From an uncultured Planctomycetaceae bacterium (GTDB lineage Bacteria > Planctomycetota > Planctomycetia > Pirellulales > PALSA-1355), in NCBI GenBank assembly GCA_963785305.1, contig CAWAUV010000005.1, positions 128,001 through 192,000 on the forward strand: a stretch of DNA of 64,000 bases, given 5' to 3'. Below the pieces are notes generated by a model. It searched no databases, had not been told where the DNA came from, and worked only from the letters and a program-made list of their open reading frames with translations. The position numbers were made by a program, and so were the translations under genes. Position 1 is the first letter of the stretch. Every line of letters starts with the position of its first letter. Below, piece after piece: positions 1 to 11,897 of this stretch.

Positions 1-104
1 GCCGCCGCGGGCTCGTCGGCGCCGGGAGCGCTCGGATCGGCGGCCAAGGCCGAGTGCGACATAATCGCAAAGCTCGCTAGCAAGGCGACGATCGAGATTC
101 GCAT
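1..104 (-). CDS. 5' end of a secreted protein (runs off the window)
   Basis: ATG at 104 reads MRISIVALLASFAIMSHSALAADPSAPGADEPAA, a typical Sec signal peptide ending ALA|A. Confidence 0.6.
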   Translation of the reverse strand, partial: MRISIVALLASFAIMSHSALAADPSAPGADEPAA

Positions 105-625
105 CCCGCCGCAAGGGACTCGATGCGCCAATCGCCGCGAAAAAAAATTCGAGCAATCAAAATCGAGGCGATCGAATTGCCGGCTATTGAACGACTTCAT
201 GGCGTGCATCCAGGGGTGGGGGGCCGCGGGACAGGCTCGATCGCCATCTTAACCTCGGGCGAAAGCCAGCTAAAGGCGCCGGGGGCGCCGATGGGAAAAC
301 CGACGCGAATTTGCGATTCGAGCGGGCAAATAGGGGTCGCGACTCTCGCCGCCAAACCCCATTCCACCCGTCTTTCCCAATATCCGCAATCGGGTCCGTT
401 TTTGGGTCGTGCCAAGAAATCGGTCGGTGGATGGCTTTTGCGGAATGGATTTGAAAAAAAACGACGTAACCGCTTGAAATCCAAGGGGTCTTGACGAATA
501 ATTAATTGAATGCTAATTAAAAGCAAACACAATTCTAACAATTGATTCCCTGGAAGCCGATTTAACCCTCGGCCAAGGGCAGGATAACAGGTTGCCGCGT
601 TTTTGATCGATGGGAGGGCTGACTC

Positions 626-1255
626 ATGCGACATGCGCGAAATTTTCGGTCGACGGGGGTTTTCTTCGCGTCGTGCTTTTTTCTTTTCGCCAGCGTGGGC
701 TGGTCTCAGGAAAATCGTCCCGCGGCGTTGGGCGTGACGCTGCGCGAGCCCGCGGTCGGCGCCCCGATCGAGGGCGCGGTCGTTAGTTCCGTGGCGCCGC
801 GGTCTCCGGCCGCCCTGGCCGGCTTGCGGCCGGGTGATGAGATTCGATTCGTCGACGATCAGCGAATTCTTTCCTCGCAAGACCTCGTCGAGGAAATTCG
901 TGCTCGCGAGCCCGGCTCGACGGTCGATTTGGTGATTGTTCGGGGCGGAGCGCGACAACTTGTGCGCACCACTTTGGTTCCCGCCGCCGCAATTTCCGGC
1001 GCGGGCCCGGCGCCGAACCGCTCGAATTCGATCGCCGCCTATCGCTCAGTGAGCGGATCGTCGCTGCAAGGCGAGGCGGCGGCGAATCCGGAAGTTCGCG
1101 TTCTTGAGCGGCAGATTTTGCGTTTGCAGCGTCAAATGGAAAATATGCGAGCCAATCAAAACGGTCGCCTTGTCGAGCAGCAGGATATGCGGAGCATCGA
1201 CTGGGGCTGGAATGGCCACGGCGTGCATAACGACGACCCGGCCCTATTCCAATAA
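626..1255 (+). CDS. Secreted PDZ-domain protein with C-terminal coiled coil
   Basis: Signal peptide, then LGV...V.SVAPRSPAALAGLRPGDEI..VD PDZ signature. Confidence 0.85.
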   Translation: MRHARNFRSTGVFFASCFFLFASVGWSQENRPAALGVTLREPAVGAPIEGAVVSSVAPRSPAALAGLRPGDEIRFVDDQRILSSQDLVEEIRAREPGSTVDLVIVRGGARQLVRTTLVPAAAISGAGPAPNRSNSIAAYRSVSGSSLQGEAAANPEVRVLERQILRLQRQMENMRANQNGRLVEQQDMRSIDWGWNGHGVHNDDPALFQ

Positions 1256-1322
1256 CGCCCCTTGCCGATCGCGGCCACGAAGGCCAGCGACGCCGCGATC
1301 TTTCTCGTAAAATAAATAAAAT

Positions 1323-1354
1323 CGCTTTGCGTGGTCGACGCAAGGCGTTTTTTT
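1323..1354 (+). terminator. Rho-independent terminator
   Basis: CGCTTTGCGT/ACGCAAGGCG hairpin followed by T7, preceded by an A-rich tract, between convergent genes. Confidence 0.75.
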
Positions 1355-1403
1355 CGCGCCATGACGCGTGAGCGCAGCGGCGCGAGTCAGGCGAAGCTGG
1401 CGA

Positions 1404-3177
1404 TCAAAAGTTGAAATCGAGTCGCGTGCCAATCTGATTGATGACGCCGTCGCCAGTGAATCGAGAACCGTTGAGGCTGGCGAGCGTGCCGGGATAGGTC
1501 GCGGAGACCGCGTTGTCGATCCATGAGGCGACGTAATTGACCTGGAAACGGGCATTCGGGTTGAGGAACCAGTTGACGCCCCAGGTCATGTCGCGCTCGT
1601 CGCCGCCGTTGACGAGGCCCGAGTTGAGGTTGAGGTAATCGAGCCGGCAGCCAATTTGCCAAGCGCCCAGCCGCAACAGCCGGCACCGCGCACGATGTGG
1701 GCGTTCGAGATCGGCACGACACGATTGAATATGCCGGCTTGGCGGTTGTAAATCCGGTTTTCGCCGGTGAGGAAATACAGCAGTTCGCAGTAGCCGCCGG
1801 AGAAATTGACATTGCCCAGGGATTGGCCGCCCTGGGTGACGGCGGCGCCGCCGAAGTAGGAGCGTTCGTACTCGGCCTGCAACAGCCACGACCCCCACTG
1901 CACGGCGAGCTCGGGGTTGAAGAGCGCTTGGTTCGCGGCGTAGAAGTTGCCCGTGTCGGCATAGTTCGGGTCGAGGGTCGACGCGGTATTGCGGAGGTCG
2001 CCCCGGGAGCGAACGCGCACGTTCGTGCCGGCCTGATAGCCTTGCAGTTCGGTGTTGAAGGTGCGGAACTCGCCGCCGAAGCCCGTATGCACCATATAGC
2101 GGCCGTTGGTCAGCTCGTCGTAGTAGGGTGTCCAGATCACGCGGCCGCCATAGATATAGTCATTGTTGCCGAGCATGTAGGTGTAGCCGGAGTCGTATTC
2201 GTTGTTGACATAAGCGCCGAGTTGGATTCCGGCGCGCTGGTTTTCCGTGTTTCGGAATGTCGAGACGCCGGGCGTGTAACCGTTGTTATTCGGTCCGTTG
2301 AAGGCGTCAAAGATCGGCGCGCGTTCCATGAAGTCTTGGAATCGCGAGCTTTCGATATGCTGGAGGCTGAGCCAATCATCTTGGTTGCCCACCCGGATAT
2401 TGCTCACGACCGGCAGTTCCTTGAATGTGAGAAATACGGTCGTGGGCTGAATCACGTTGATCGTATTGCCGGCTTGTTGTCCGACGCCGGTCGGAAAGCT
2501 GCGCAGACCCGCGGCGGCCGCGTTGGCGGCAAGCTGGCTGGTGTTTTGCAGCGCCATGGCAAAGTCGAATTCAAAAATGTAGTCGATGTTCTCATACATC
2601 GTGCCTTCGGCGCCGAGCCGCAACCGGCGGAATTCGGCCGTGTCCAAAGTGCCCGCGCCACCGGGAACTCCAATGCCCGGAGCTGGGTTCTGAATATTGA
2701 TCCAGTCGAGCTGCGCCACGCCGCGAATATGCGACTTGAAGTCGCCGTTGCGCGTCGAGAAGACGAGACCCTCGGGCGCCCACTTTCCGACCATCGTGGT
2801 ATCGCTGCCGACGACATACCCTTGGCTCGCGGCCGAGTTTTGCCGCTTCAAACTCTCATCGAGCTCCGCCACGCGGGCTTCCAAGGCCGTCATGCGGGCG
2901 TTGGTTCCCGTGGGCGTGGCCGGCGTGGCCCGCGACGCCAACATCGCCGGCGCGCCGAGCCATCGCCAGCGTCGCCGATGACCACCGGCGGCAGCGGCTC
3001 GAAGCCCACCACGGCGGAACTGGACTGCACGCCGCCGTTGGAATAGTACGCCGCGGCCGTGGCCTGATCTGGCACGGGGGGCGTCGTGTTCTGCGCATGA
3101 ACCATCGTGGCGGCGCCAGCAATCGCGAGGAAAGCGCTAACGGTCTTGAGCGCGAACCGGGCGAGGGAATTCCGCAT
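1404..3177 (-). CDS. Phosphate-selective porin OprO/OprP family (two frameshifts, near 2960 and 1660)
   Basis: Signal peptide MRNSLARFALK..HAQ; EFRRLRLGAEGT, FMER, YFLTGENR, TWGVNWFLNPN motifs; C-terminal F; assembled from ORFs 2890-3306, 1586-2944 and 1404-1898. Confidence 0.85.
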
Positions 3178-3615
3178 GCGTGAATCTCTTTGACGTGGGG
3201 ATGGCGTCGCCGCCAGGAACCGGGGCGAGTCGATACGGGGATCAAGCGTCGCGACGGGAATCTTCGGAATAAACGGAAGGCTGTGCGTTTTGCTTCGGAG
3301 CGCCAACGTCCCATTCTAAACGCGCATATCCGACGGCGGGCTTTTCTTGCGCAGCCGTTACAGATCGCCTCGATTGATCGCTACCTTTTACCAAGCCCCA
3401 GCCCTGGCGGCCGCGTTTCCGTCGAGATCCAATAAAGAAACACGACTCCCCGCGCATCGTCGGACCGATGTCGCGCCGCCGCCCAACGTGCGACGGAGCC
3501 AAGATTACGGCTATAATCGCACACGGATGTGGCGAGCGACGCGGTTGCGGCGCCCAAGGCTCGATCAACATTGCCCAATGGAATCGAAACGCGATTGGAA
3601 AGGCGAATCAATTCA

Positions 3616-4521
3616 ATGTCGCTATCATTGCTATCGCGAGTCGCCCTCTGCGGCGCAGTGCTTTGGTCGGCCGCCGAGTGCCAGGCGCGAACGCCGCGCG
3701 AAGAGCTCGATGTGGTCTATCAGGGCCTCGGCGCCGAGGCCGTGAAGCTCGATCTGTTTGCCCCCGCGGACGAACCGAGTTCGCCGCGGCCGCTGGTTGT
3801 GTTTATCCACGGCGGCGGCTGGCGAGGCGGATCGAAGGCCGACTTTCGCGACATGGCCAAGGGCATTGCCCGCGCGGGCTATGTGGCGGCGTCGATCGAT
3901 TATCGTCTTGCGCCACGAAGCAAGTTTCCGGCCCAAATTCACGATGTAAAAGCCGCCATTCGCTGGCTGCGCGCGAATGCCAAGCCGTGGAGCATCGATC
4001 CCAAGCGTGTCGCGCTCATCGGCGCATCGGCCGGCGGGCACTTGGCTTTGCTGGCCGGGCTCACGCGGCCCAAAGACGGCCTCGATGGGCCCATGCCAGG
4101 CGGACCCTCACCCGCCGGCCCTGCCCCCACCGACGACGAATCGCCCCCGGTGTCGGCCGTGGTCAATATCGTGGGGCCGGCGGATTTCAGGCGGCGAGAT
4201 TGGCCCGAAGCCAGCGAAAAAATGCTGGTCGACTTCCTGGGCGACCGCCAGGCGGTTCCCCAGGCGTATATCGAAGCCTCGCCCGTGACCTATGCGAGGT
4301 CCGAAGGGCCGCCGGTGCTCAGCTTTTACGGAACGAATGACAATCTCGTGCCCTACTCGCAAGCGGTGCGGCTCGAGGAAGCGCTTCAAGCCGCCGGAGA
4401 GCGATCGCAACTTGTGACCCTCGAGGGAAAAGACCACGGCGGCGATTGGACGGCCGAGGACTGGCGGCAGGTGATGCTCAAGACGTTCGTTTTCCTGGGG
4501 CAAGCGTTTACCCCCAAGTGA
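3616..4521 (+). CDS. Secreted alpha/beta hydrolase (BD-FAE/HSL-like esterase)
   Basis: HGGGW oxyanion motif, GASAGG nucleophile elbow, GxxDxLV and H catalytic motifs. Confidence 0.9.
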   Translation: MSLSLLSRVALCGAVLWSAAECQARTPREELDVVYQGLGAEAVKLDLFAPADEPSSPRPLVVFIHGGGWRGGSKADFRDMAKGIARAGYVAASIDYRLAPRSKFPAQIHDVKAAIRWLRANAKPWSIDPKRVALIGASAGGHLALLAGLTRPKDGLDGPMPGGPSPAGPAPTDDESPPVSAVVNIVGPADFRRRDWPEASEKMLVDFLGDRQAVPQAYIEASPVTYARSEGPPVLSFYGTNDNLVPYSQAVRLEEALQAAGERSQLVTLEGKDHGGDWTAEDWRQVMLKTFVFLGQAFTPK

Positions 4522-4569
4522 ATCGGCGGCGCGCGTGGAGCGACGACGCAAAAGGCCTCGCCGCCCAAT

Positions 4570-4613
4570 GAAAAAAGCCCGGGTCGATGACGCTATTCGC
4601 CATCGACCCGGGC
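4570..4613 (-). terminator. Rho-independent terminator downstream of clpX
   Basis: 13-bp stem GCCCGGGTCGATG/CATCGACCCGGGC with an A-run on + (U-tract on -). Confidence 0.8.
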
Positions 4614-4710
4614 CATCGCTATAAGAAGCGCGAACTCGACCCCCGAAAATCACGCTGGTATCCCGCGGGCACTGGTCCCAGGAGACACGGTGAGGTTCCG
4701 GGCTTGAACG

Positions 4711-6000
4711 TTACGCGCTTTTGTTCTTCTGTTCGACTGGAATCGGATAGAGCTTGGCTCGACCCTCGACGACGTCCTTGTTGATCATATATCGGCAGCC
4801 GTTGCCCTGGTCCGGTAGGTCATACATCACATCGAGCATGACTTCTTCGATGATCGACCGGAGTCCGCGGGCGCCGGTTTCCTTGGCCTGCGCCTTGCGA
4901 GCGATTGCCAAGAGCGCGTCTTCAGTGAACTGAAGATCGGCGTTTTCCATGCTGAACAATCGCTGATATTGCTTCACGAGCGCATTTTTCGGCTCGGTCA
5001 GCACCCGAGTCAGGCCCTGGGCATCGAGCGGAGTGAGCGCCGAGATCACGGGTAGCCGGCCGACGAGCTCGGGAATGAGCCCGAACTCGAGGATGTCGTC
5101 GCTGGTCACTTGGGGCAGGAGGGTGGCCATGTCCGACTCGGTTTTCACGCCGCTCTCTTGGCCGAAGCCGATCGTGCGTTTGCCGAGCCTTTTGCTGATG
5201 ATCTTATCGATGTTGACGAAGGTGCCACCGCAGATGAACAAGATATTGCTCGTGTCCATCTGGATGTATTGCTGCTCGGGATGCTTGCGACCTCCCTGGG
5301 GCGGCACATTGGCCATCGTGCCTTCGAGCATTTTGAGGAGCGCTTGCTGCACTCCCTCGCCCGACACGTCGCGCGTGATCGACACGTTCTGGCTGGTCTT
5401 GCCGATCTTGTCGATTTCGTCGATATACAAGACGCCGCGCTGCGCGGCCTCGAGATCGAAGTCGGCGGCGTGGAGCAGTTTGAGCAGCAGGTTTTCGACA
5501 TCCTCGCCCACATAACCGGCCTCGGTCAGCGTCGTGGCGTCGCCAATGGCGAACGGCACATCGAGAATCCGAGCCAAAGTGCGGGCGAGCAGGGTTTTGC
5601 CGCAGCCCGTGGGACCGATGAGCATGATGTTCGATTTGTCGATCTCGACATCCGAGCCTTCGGCCCCGAGCATCAGTCGCTTGTAGTGGCTATGCACGGC
5701 CACGGCGAGCACCTTCTTGGCGTGGTCCTGGCCGATCACGTATTCGTCAAGCTGAGTGACGATCTCGCGGGGCGAGGGAACCCGGTTGAAGAGTTGCTTG
5801 CTGGTGCCGCGGCGCCGCCGTTCTTGTTCGAGAATCGACTGGCACAGCTCGATGCATTCGCCGCAGATATAAACATCGCCAGGCCCCTCGACCAGCGGGC
5901 CGACGTCGCGGTAACTTTTGCGACAAAACGAGCAGAAGGCGTTTTTCTTGGTGGCGCCGCTCCCGCGTCGCGTCGCGTTGACATCCCTACCTGAGGGCAT
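4711..6000 (-). CDS. clpX: ATP-dependent Clp protease ATP-binding subunit ClpX
   Basis: CSFC...ICGECIELC zinc finger, GPTGCGKT Walker [21 protein letters not shown] loop. Confidence 0.98.
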   Translation of the reverse strand: MPSGRDVNATRRGSGATKKNAFCSFCRKSYRDVGPLVEGPGDVYICGECIELCQSILEQERRRRGTSKQLFNRVPSPREIVTQLDEYVIGQDHAKKVLAVAVHSHYKRLMLGAEGSDVEIDKSNIMLIGPTGCGKTLLARTLARILDVPFAIGDATTLTEAGYVGEDVENLLLKLLHAADFDLEAAQRGVLYIDEIDKIGKTSQNVSITRDVSGEGVQQALLKMLEGTMANVPPQGGRKHPEQQYIQMDTSNILFICGGTFVNIDKIISKRLGKRTIGFGQESGVKTESDMATLLPQVTSDDILEFGLIPELVGRLPVISALTPLDAQGLTRVLTEPKNALVKQYQRLFSMENADLQFTEDALLAIARKAQAKETGARGLRSIIEEVMLDVMYDLPDQGNGCRYMINKDVVEGRAKLYPIPVEQKNKSA

Positions 6001-6360
6001 CGTAACTCCTTTCAACAATTCGACTCGAACTGTCCCAGTTTAGACAGCCGAGAGGACGAGACCCAAGGTGTGTCGCTCGAGTGGCCATACTGGCGTCCCA
6101 CGCGCTGGCCGAGTAGCCTTCCCTGCACCGAGATGTCGAGCTTTGGAAACGTTGAATCTTTATCGTGTTAAGTCAGCCAGAACCCCAGCGGAAAACCGGG
6201 GCCTCGCCAACGCCTATCAATCCTTACAAGCTACCAGGGCGGGCAGGCTTGCCCGCCGGGTTCGCGCCGCCCAAGCCGCACGGCTCAGCTAGCGGAAGCT
6301 CCGACCGCTGGCCGTCATAAACCCGCTCGCTTCAGCGAATCGCGAGAGCTTGTTTCGTTC

Positions 6361-6645
6361 TCACGTTCGCTTTTCGGTCGCGGCCGGCTTTTCGACTTTC
6401 CTGCCTGTTTCTTCCTTCAGCTTTTCGCCCAGTTGAGACTTCACCGAGCGATATTCTTCGTCGCTGAGCGTGCCACGAGAATGAAGTTCGCGAAAATTGG
6501 TCAGCAGCGCATTGGCCGAGACCTCTTCCTCGCGCACCGATTCCCGGAACTTCTTGACCACATAGACCCCGACCGTAATCATGACGGCTAGCACCGCTAG
6601 CAAGATCACGAGCTGGGCCGAGTCGGTTTTCAAAAAATCCGCCAT
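6361..6645 (-). CDS. Small membrane protein with SHOCT-like C-terminus
   Basis: One TM helix, then LLTNFRELHSRGTLSDEEYRSVKSQL. Confidence 0.7.
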   Translation of the reverse strand: MADFLKTDSAQLVILLAVLAVMITVGVYVVKKFRESVREEEVSANALLTNFRELHSRGTLSDEEYRSVKSQLGEKLKEETGRKVEKPAATEKRT

Positions 6646-6848
6646 CGCACTCTTCACCCCGCTCATCGCGGCCGGCGCGTTCCTTTCTATCGCGCCGCTA
6701 GGGCCCCCGGGTCCAGCGGCCCTCCTCTGGGCTGCCGACTCCAACATGCCGCCTAGAATTTGACATGGTCATTATGTCCGCCAGGAGGATGATCGTCCAG
6801 CGAGCGGGCGGGTTTCGTCGCCCCCCGCCGTTCACTAAAGCACTCGAA

Positions 6849-6911
6849 TGGCTCACGCCGAAGCACAGTTGGCTCACGCCGAAGCCCTGATGGCTCACGC
6901 CGAAGCTCTAA
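6849..6911. repeat. Three tandem 21-bp units (TGGCTCACGCCGAAGC core), intergenic
   Basis: Identical 16-bp core at 6849, 6870 and 6891. Confidence 0.9.
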
Positions 6912-7378
6912 AGCAATCTCGGCGCCAAGCCAGAATCGCATCGCCCCGGAAACACTCGAGGTTGACACGGCGGAGCAAGCCACGGTCGCGCTGGCCCCGC
7001 ATCGCCCTCGGTGGCGAAAACGCCTCGAATTCTCGGAGCAGGTGGCCCGCGCATCGATGTTCGCGGATCACCCCGACGCGCCTTGCGCGGCGCCGAGAAA
7101 TTTCCCGGATTTCGCGGCTCGCGATGCCAAACCCGAGGCGAGGTTTTTGCAAAAATTGCAAAGACCCTCGCCCAACGGCCGCGAATCCCTCTTTCGCTAT
7201 CCACCGCATTTAGCCTGTTTCCAAGGTTCGCTAAAACCGCTTCAAGCGTCACGATCCCAAGACCCGATAGGTAAAAATGTCGAGGGCGCCGAGCGCGCTC
7301 GAACCGAGGCGCTTTGTCGAATCGCGACATTGGGGGGCGTCCGGCATTTTTTTCCGGGCTTATGCTGGCGACGGTGGC

Positions 7379-8977
7379 ATGTTCCGATCGACATGGTTCG
7401 CGCTGTTCGCATTCATGGGATTCGTCGCGGCGGCGCGCCCAAGAAGCCGCCCACGCGCCGGACACCGAACCCGCGGCGGTCCGCCAGACCGAGTTCGGGC
7501 TGCCTTTTCGCTTGGCGCCGCCAGCCGATGGCGCGTTGCCGCCCGTGGAAGTGCAACTGCATGCCTCGGCCAACCATGGGCTCAACTGGCAAGTGGCGGC
7601 CAAGGTGAAGCCGAGCGAATCGAAATTCATCTTCAAAGCGCCGCACGATGGCGAATACTGGTTCTGCATTCGCACCGTCGATCGTCAGGGTGTCGTTCGG
7701 CCCTCGGGCGAAGCGCGGCCCGAGCTCCGCGTGGTGGTCGACACCACCGCGCCTCGCTTGGAATTGAAAACGGGGCGCGGGCCGGCGGGCGAGATCACGG
7801 CCCGCTGGCAAGCGGTCGACCCGAACCTGAAGCCCGAGAGTCTCACGATCGAATATCAGCCCGGCCCCAATCAACCTTGGGAACGCGTGGCGATCGAACC
7901 GGGAATCTCGCATACGAAACAAGCCCTTACCGGCGAAGCCACTTGGTGGCCGAAGGCTTCGACCGGCGTGATCGCGGTGCGAGCCCAGATTTCCGATCGG
8001 GCGGGCAATCCGGCCGTGAGCCAGTCGCAAATCACGGCCGAGGCGCCGCCGAGCGGCGCGATTGGCCATGTCGAACAGCCGAGCGGCGCCGCGAGCGGCG
8101 CGCGTTCGCAAGGCGCTGATCCGGCGGTTGCGCCGGGGGGCAAGCCGATCTCGCGCCGCGCTCCACCGTGCAAACTCCCTTCCGCCTTAGTTCATCGAGC
8201 GAAAACGCGATGCGCGGCGCCCTGCAAGGCGAGCGAACCGGCGCCACGTCCAACGACCGATCTGGCGCCGAGGCCGCCGGCGGCAGCTTCGCCCAGCGGC
8301 TCGAATTGATGCCGCCCGGCGAGCGGCCGCGCATGATCAACTCGCGCCGCTTCGAACTCGAATACGATGTCGACGCCGTGGGCCCCTCGGGCATCGCCAA
8401 AGTCGAGCTCTGGGGAACGATCGATGGCGGCAAAACTTGGAAAAGCTTCGGCGTCGACAACGATAACCGCAGCCCGCTCGTGGTGAATGTGCCGGGCGAG
8501 GGGCTCTATGGCTTCACGATCGTGTTTCAAAACGGCAACGGCTTCGGCGGCCTCGCGCCGCGCGAGGGCGCCGAGCCCGAGATTTGGGTCGGCGTCGATC
8601 TCACATCGCCGGTAGCCAAGATCACTACCGCGGAAATCGGTCGCGACAATGGCGAGCTCATTATCCGCTGGCTCGCGCAAGATGACATGCTCGACCCAAG
8701 GCCGATCAGCCTCTACTTCAGCGACCGCGCGAATGGCCCCTGGTCGGCGATCGCGGCCGGCCTCGAGAACCTGGGGCAATATGCTTGGCGGCTCGACAAT
8801 CGCGTGCCCGACCGGGTGTTCTTGAAGATCGAGGTTCGCGACGAGGCGGGCAACATCGGGCAACACATCAGCTCCGAGCCGGTATCGCTCGACTTGGAGC
8901 GCCCGCAGGGCCGCATCCGCGGAGTGCGCCCAGCGCCCGCGGTCACCGGAGCTCGCCCGGCGCCCGCGGTGCGCTGA
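7379..8977 (+). CDS. Secreted planctomycete-type protein with two similar Ig-like beta modules (frameshifted near 7435 and 8160)
   Basis: Signal peptide MFRSTWFALFAFMGFVAAARA; repeated module (VELW/LH.S..G..W...GEYWF/GLYGF...VD.T.P...RW.A.D) in ORFs 7314-8309 and 8168-8977. Confidence 0.7.
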
Positions 8978-9030
8978 TCGCCGGATATCCCATCGCCGCC
9001 GAACGCTCGTCGGCCGGCTCCCCCCGGCGC

Positions 9031-10866
9031 TTATGCGATCGCGTTCCCAGGCGTTGCTCTCAAGACTGCCGTGGCGAGCCGTCGGCGCCAAAGGCTCGCC
9101 AGCATTAGCAAGGCGGGCAAAACAGCCAGCGACCATGTGCCCGGCTCCGGCACGACGGCGGCATAGATCGCCGAGGTTGCCGCGTCTTGCTGAAGCTGCG
9201 GAGCGTTGTCGCCGAAGTCGCCCAGGGTGGGGTCCGAAATGGCGAACACATCGACCAGGGGCCCCGTGGTCAACATCACACCATCCGAAAACGGCACGGT
9301 CACGGTGAACGCGAAGCCATATTCGCCATAGGTTTGAGTGGAGCCCGCGGCGAGATAGAGATCTTTCTGGAGTTCGTGGAAGTCATAGAGCGAAACTCCG
9401 AATCCCGTATAGAAGGGCGTCGTGCCATTGACCTCGACATTGCCGGCGGAAGCGCCGGGGTGGGGATTCGTGATCGGGTCGGGGTTGCCGGCCCACAAGT
9501 CGTAGATGTTGAGGTACGTGCCGCTCACGGCCGGAACCGCGGCGCCCCCCGTGCCATCGGAGAAATACAAGGGGCTGACAATGTTGAACGTGGCGTTTGC
9601 ATAGGGTGGAAACGAGCCCGCGGTCTGCGCGAAGCCCTCGTAAGTCCCGTAACTGCCATCGGAATTCGGCGTCGCGTCGAATGCATCGAGAAAGAGATTG
9701 CTCGGTCCCGCGGCGGGGCTTCCCGTGTTGTCCAACACGGGTTGAGCCGAGGTGATCGAGAAGGAAACGGGATATCCCGATGTCGGGTCGACATTCGCCG
9801 CGATGTCGAAGCCATGTCCCCATGCGTTGTGAGCGATCAGGGCGAGAGACAGTGTGCCCAGACCTCGCGCGATCGTGTGCATGGGCGGCCGCCGACGGCG
9901 TGCGTGGAGGCGAGCTCGCAGCCACGCGTCGATCCGAAGCGGGAGGGCCATTGCCAACTTTCGGCGATTCTTCAACAAGCGCATTAGCGCCAGTCCGGCG
10001 ACCGCGATCGCCGCGAGCGACCATGTCGACGGCTCGGGCACGATCGCGTTGTAGATCGCCAACGTCGCGGCGTCTTGTTGTTGAAGGGACGCGTTGTCGG
10101 CGAAATCGCCCAGGGTGGGGGCCGTGATGGCGAACACATCGACCATCACCGGCGATGTCACATCCGTGAGCACTCCGTTGATGGTGAAGGGAACCGTCAC
10201 GGTGAATCCGAAGCCATATTCACCATAGGTTTGCGTGGACCCGGCGCCGAGAAACAACTCCTTGGCGATCTCATGCGCGTCATAGAGCGACACGCCGAAA
10301 CCGTTGTAGAACGAGGCGTCGCCATTGATCGACAGCGTGCCGCCGGTGGCGCCGGGATAGATGGGGCCGGTGATCGTCGAATAATCGCGGTCGTACATAT
10401 ATAGCGATGTCCCGCTCGAGGCCAATTGCGCTACGGCCGGCCCCTGGCTGCCGTCGCTCAGCACGGTGGGAGAGCCATCGGAAAAGAGCAGTGGGCTAAC
10501 CACGTTGAATGTGGCGCCCGAATATTGGGGAAACGGTCCCGACGTTTGCGCGAAACCGTGCTCGACATAGTAATAGGCGCCGTTGGCGCCGGCGGTCGTG
10601 GTCCCGGAGAACTCCTCGATGAATAGATTCGACGGACCGGCCGTTTGATCTTGGGGGTCCAAGAACGGGGATTGCGACGCCACGGTGAATTGCGTGGGAT
10701 TCGAATAATCGTTGACCGACAATCCGAAACCATGTCCCCATGCGTCGCGGCACATGCACAGCGCGAACACTAAGAATGTTTGGCGTATCGAGAAATTCAT
10801 CGTATGCAGCCCTGATGGTTTGCTTTTAGGTTTGTTTTCAAAGTTCGATTCGTTTGAGCGGCCCAT
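9031..10866 (-). CDS. Tandem double PEP-CTERM surface protein (two paralogous units in one ORF; start may be 10800)
   Basis: Two units, each AWG|HGF...TQTYGEYGF.FTVTVPF...VPEP + TM + basic tail. Confidence 0.85.
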   Translation of the reverse strand: MGRSNESNFENKPKSKPSGLHTMNFSIRQTFLVFALCMCRDAWGHGFGLSVNDYSNPTQFTVASQSPFLDPQDQTAGPSNLFIEEFSGTTTAGANGAYYYVEHGFAQTSGPFPQYSGATFNVVSPLLFSDGSPTVLSDGSQGPAVAQLASSGTSLYMYDRDYSTITGPIYPGATGGTLSINGDASFYNGFGVSLYDAHEIAKELFLGAGSTQTYGEYGFGFTVTVPFTINGVLTDVTSPVMVDVFAITAPTLGDFADNASLQQQDAATLAIYNAIVPEPSTWSLAAIAVAGLALMRLLKNRRKLAMALPLRIDAWLRARLHARRRRPPMHTIARGLGTLSLALIAHNAWGHGFDIAANVDPTSGYPVSFSITSAQPVLDNTGSPAAGPSNLFLDAFDATPNSDGSYGTYEGFAQTAGSFPPYANATFNIVSPLYFSDGTGGAAVPAVSGTYLNIYDLWAGNPDPITNPHPGASAGNVEVNGTTPFYTGFGVSLYDFHELQKDLYLAAGSTQTYGEYGFAFTVTVPFSDGVMLTTGPLVDVFAISDPTLGDFGDNAPQLQQDAATSAIYAAVVPEPGTWSLAVLPALLMLASLWRRRLATAVLRATPGNAIA

Positions 10867-10878
10867 GAGCCCGATCGG

Positions 10879-11614
10879 TCATTTGACCGGCCGGGCGAAG
10901 TTCGTGGGGTTGCCGCTCATGACGGCGGTGATATCGGCTTGCACCCAGCCGTTGAATGTTTCCTGATCCACCGTGTCAACGTGGCCGTCGGCGTAGAGGT
11001 AGTTGGACCAGTCCATTCCGTGCTGGGCCGGAGTGATCTCGGCCAGGATCACCGCCCAGGCATTGCCATTGACGATGTCTCCCGGCGCGAACCAAGTGGA
11101 TGTATGCACATGATCGTCGGAGACCGTGCGGCCCACGTCCGATCCCTCGAACAACACGATGAGCTTGCTGGTTTCCTTGATCCAATTGATATTCAGGACC
11201 GAAAATCCGTCGTCGGTGTCGTAGGAAACATATTCATTGATCACGTAGCTCGTGCCCCGGAGAACCGTTCGCGCTCGCTCCCACTCGGAGCTCGCCCATC
11301 GGATCCTCGGGGCAGAGTCGCACCTCGTCGACGCTCTCCATGAACGGCGCCATGGTGATGATCCAGCTCTGGGTGTTTCCCTCGTGGTAGGTCCAGGGGA
11401 AATGCCCGTTCCGCGCGTTCTCGAACATCGCCAGGCCCACGCCGATCTGGTGCAGGTTGTTGAGGCACTTCGTCAAGCGCGCCGACTGACGGGCCGCTTG
11501 AATCGCAGGCAGCAAGAGCGCCGCCAGCACGCCGATGATCGCAATCACGACGAGCAATTCCACGAGCGTCATTCCGCGCGAGCGCGTAATCGATCTTGAG
11601 CTAGCTGATCGCAT
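10879..11614 (-). CDS. DUF1559 prepilin-type N-terminal cleavage/methylation protein (frameshift near 11250)
   Basis: [42 protein letters not shown] and C-terminal H-X9-DG ([14 protein letters not shown]). Confidence 0.92.
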
Positions 11615-11897
11615 GCATTCTCGTTCTTAGGGTTTGGTCCCAATGGGTCGACGATCGTGGCCTGCTTGCGGTCGGCGATCTCCGGTGATTGCCTGAACGC
11701 GCGAGTGGGTGATCCATTTGTGCGCCCAGCCGTTCCGGGTTCGGCTAGAGCCTTGAGCGCCCACGCGCCTCCAACAAAAGTTCTCCTGCGATGAAGAACG
11801 AGCCGCCGGAGGTGGGCGTGGGCGCGCAGGACTCCAGCCAAGGTTCGCGGAGGTCCCGCGCGGTCGGCGCGGCGACTCCTTGCAACGAAGAAGCCGC

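Noticed and set aside
6849..6911. Mini-CRISPR
   Set aside because: The 16-bp repeat and 5-bp spacers are far too short.
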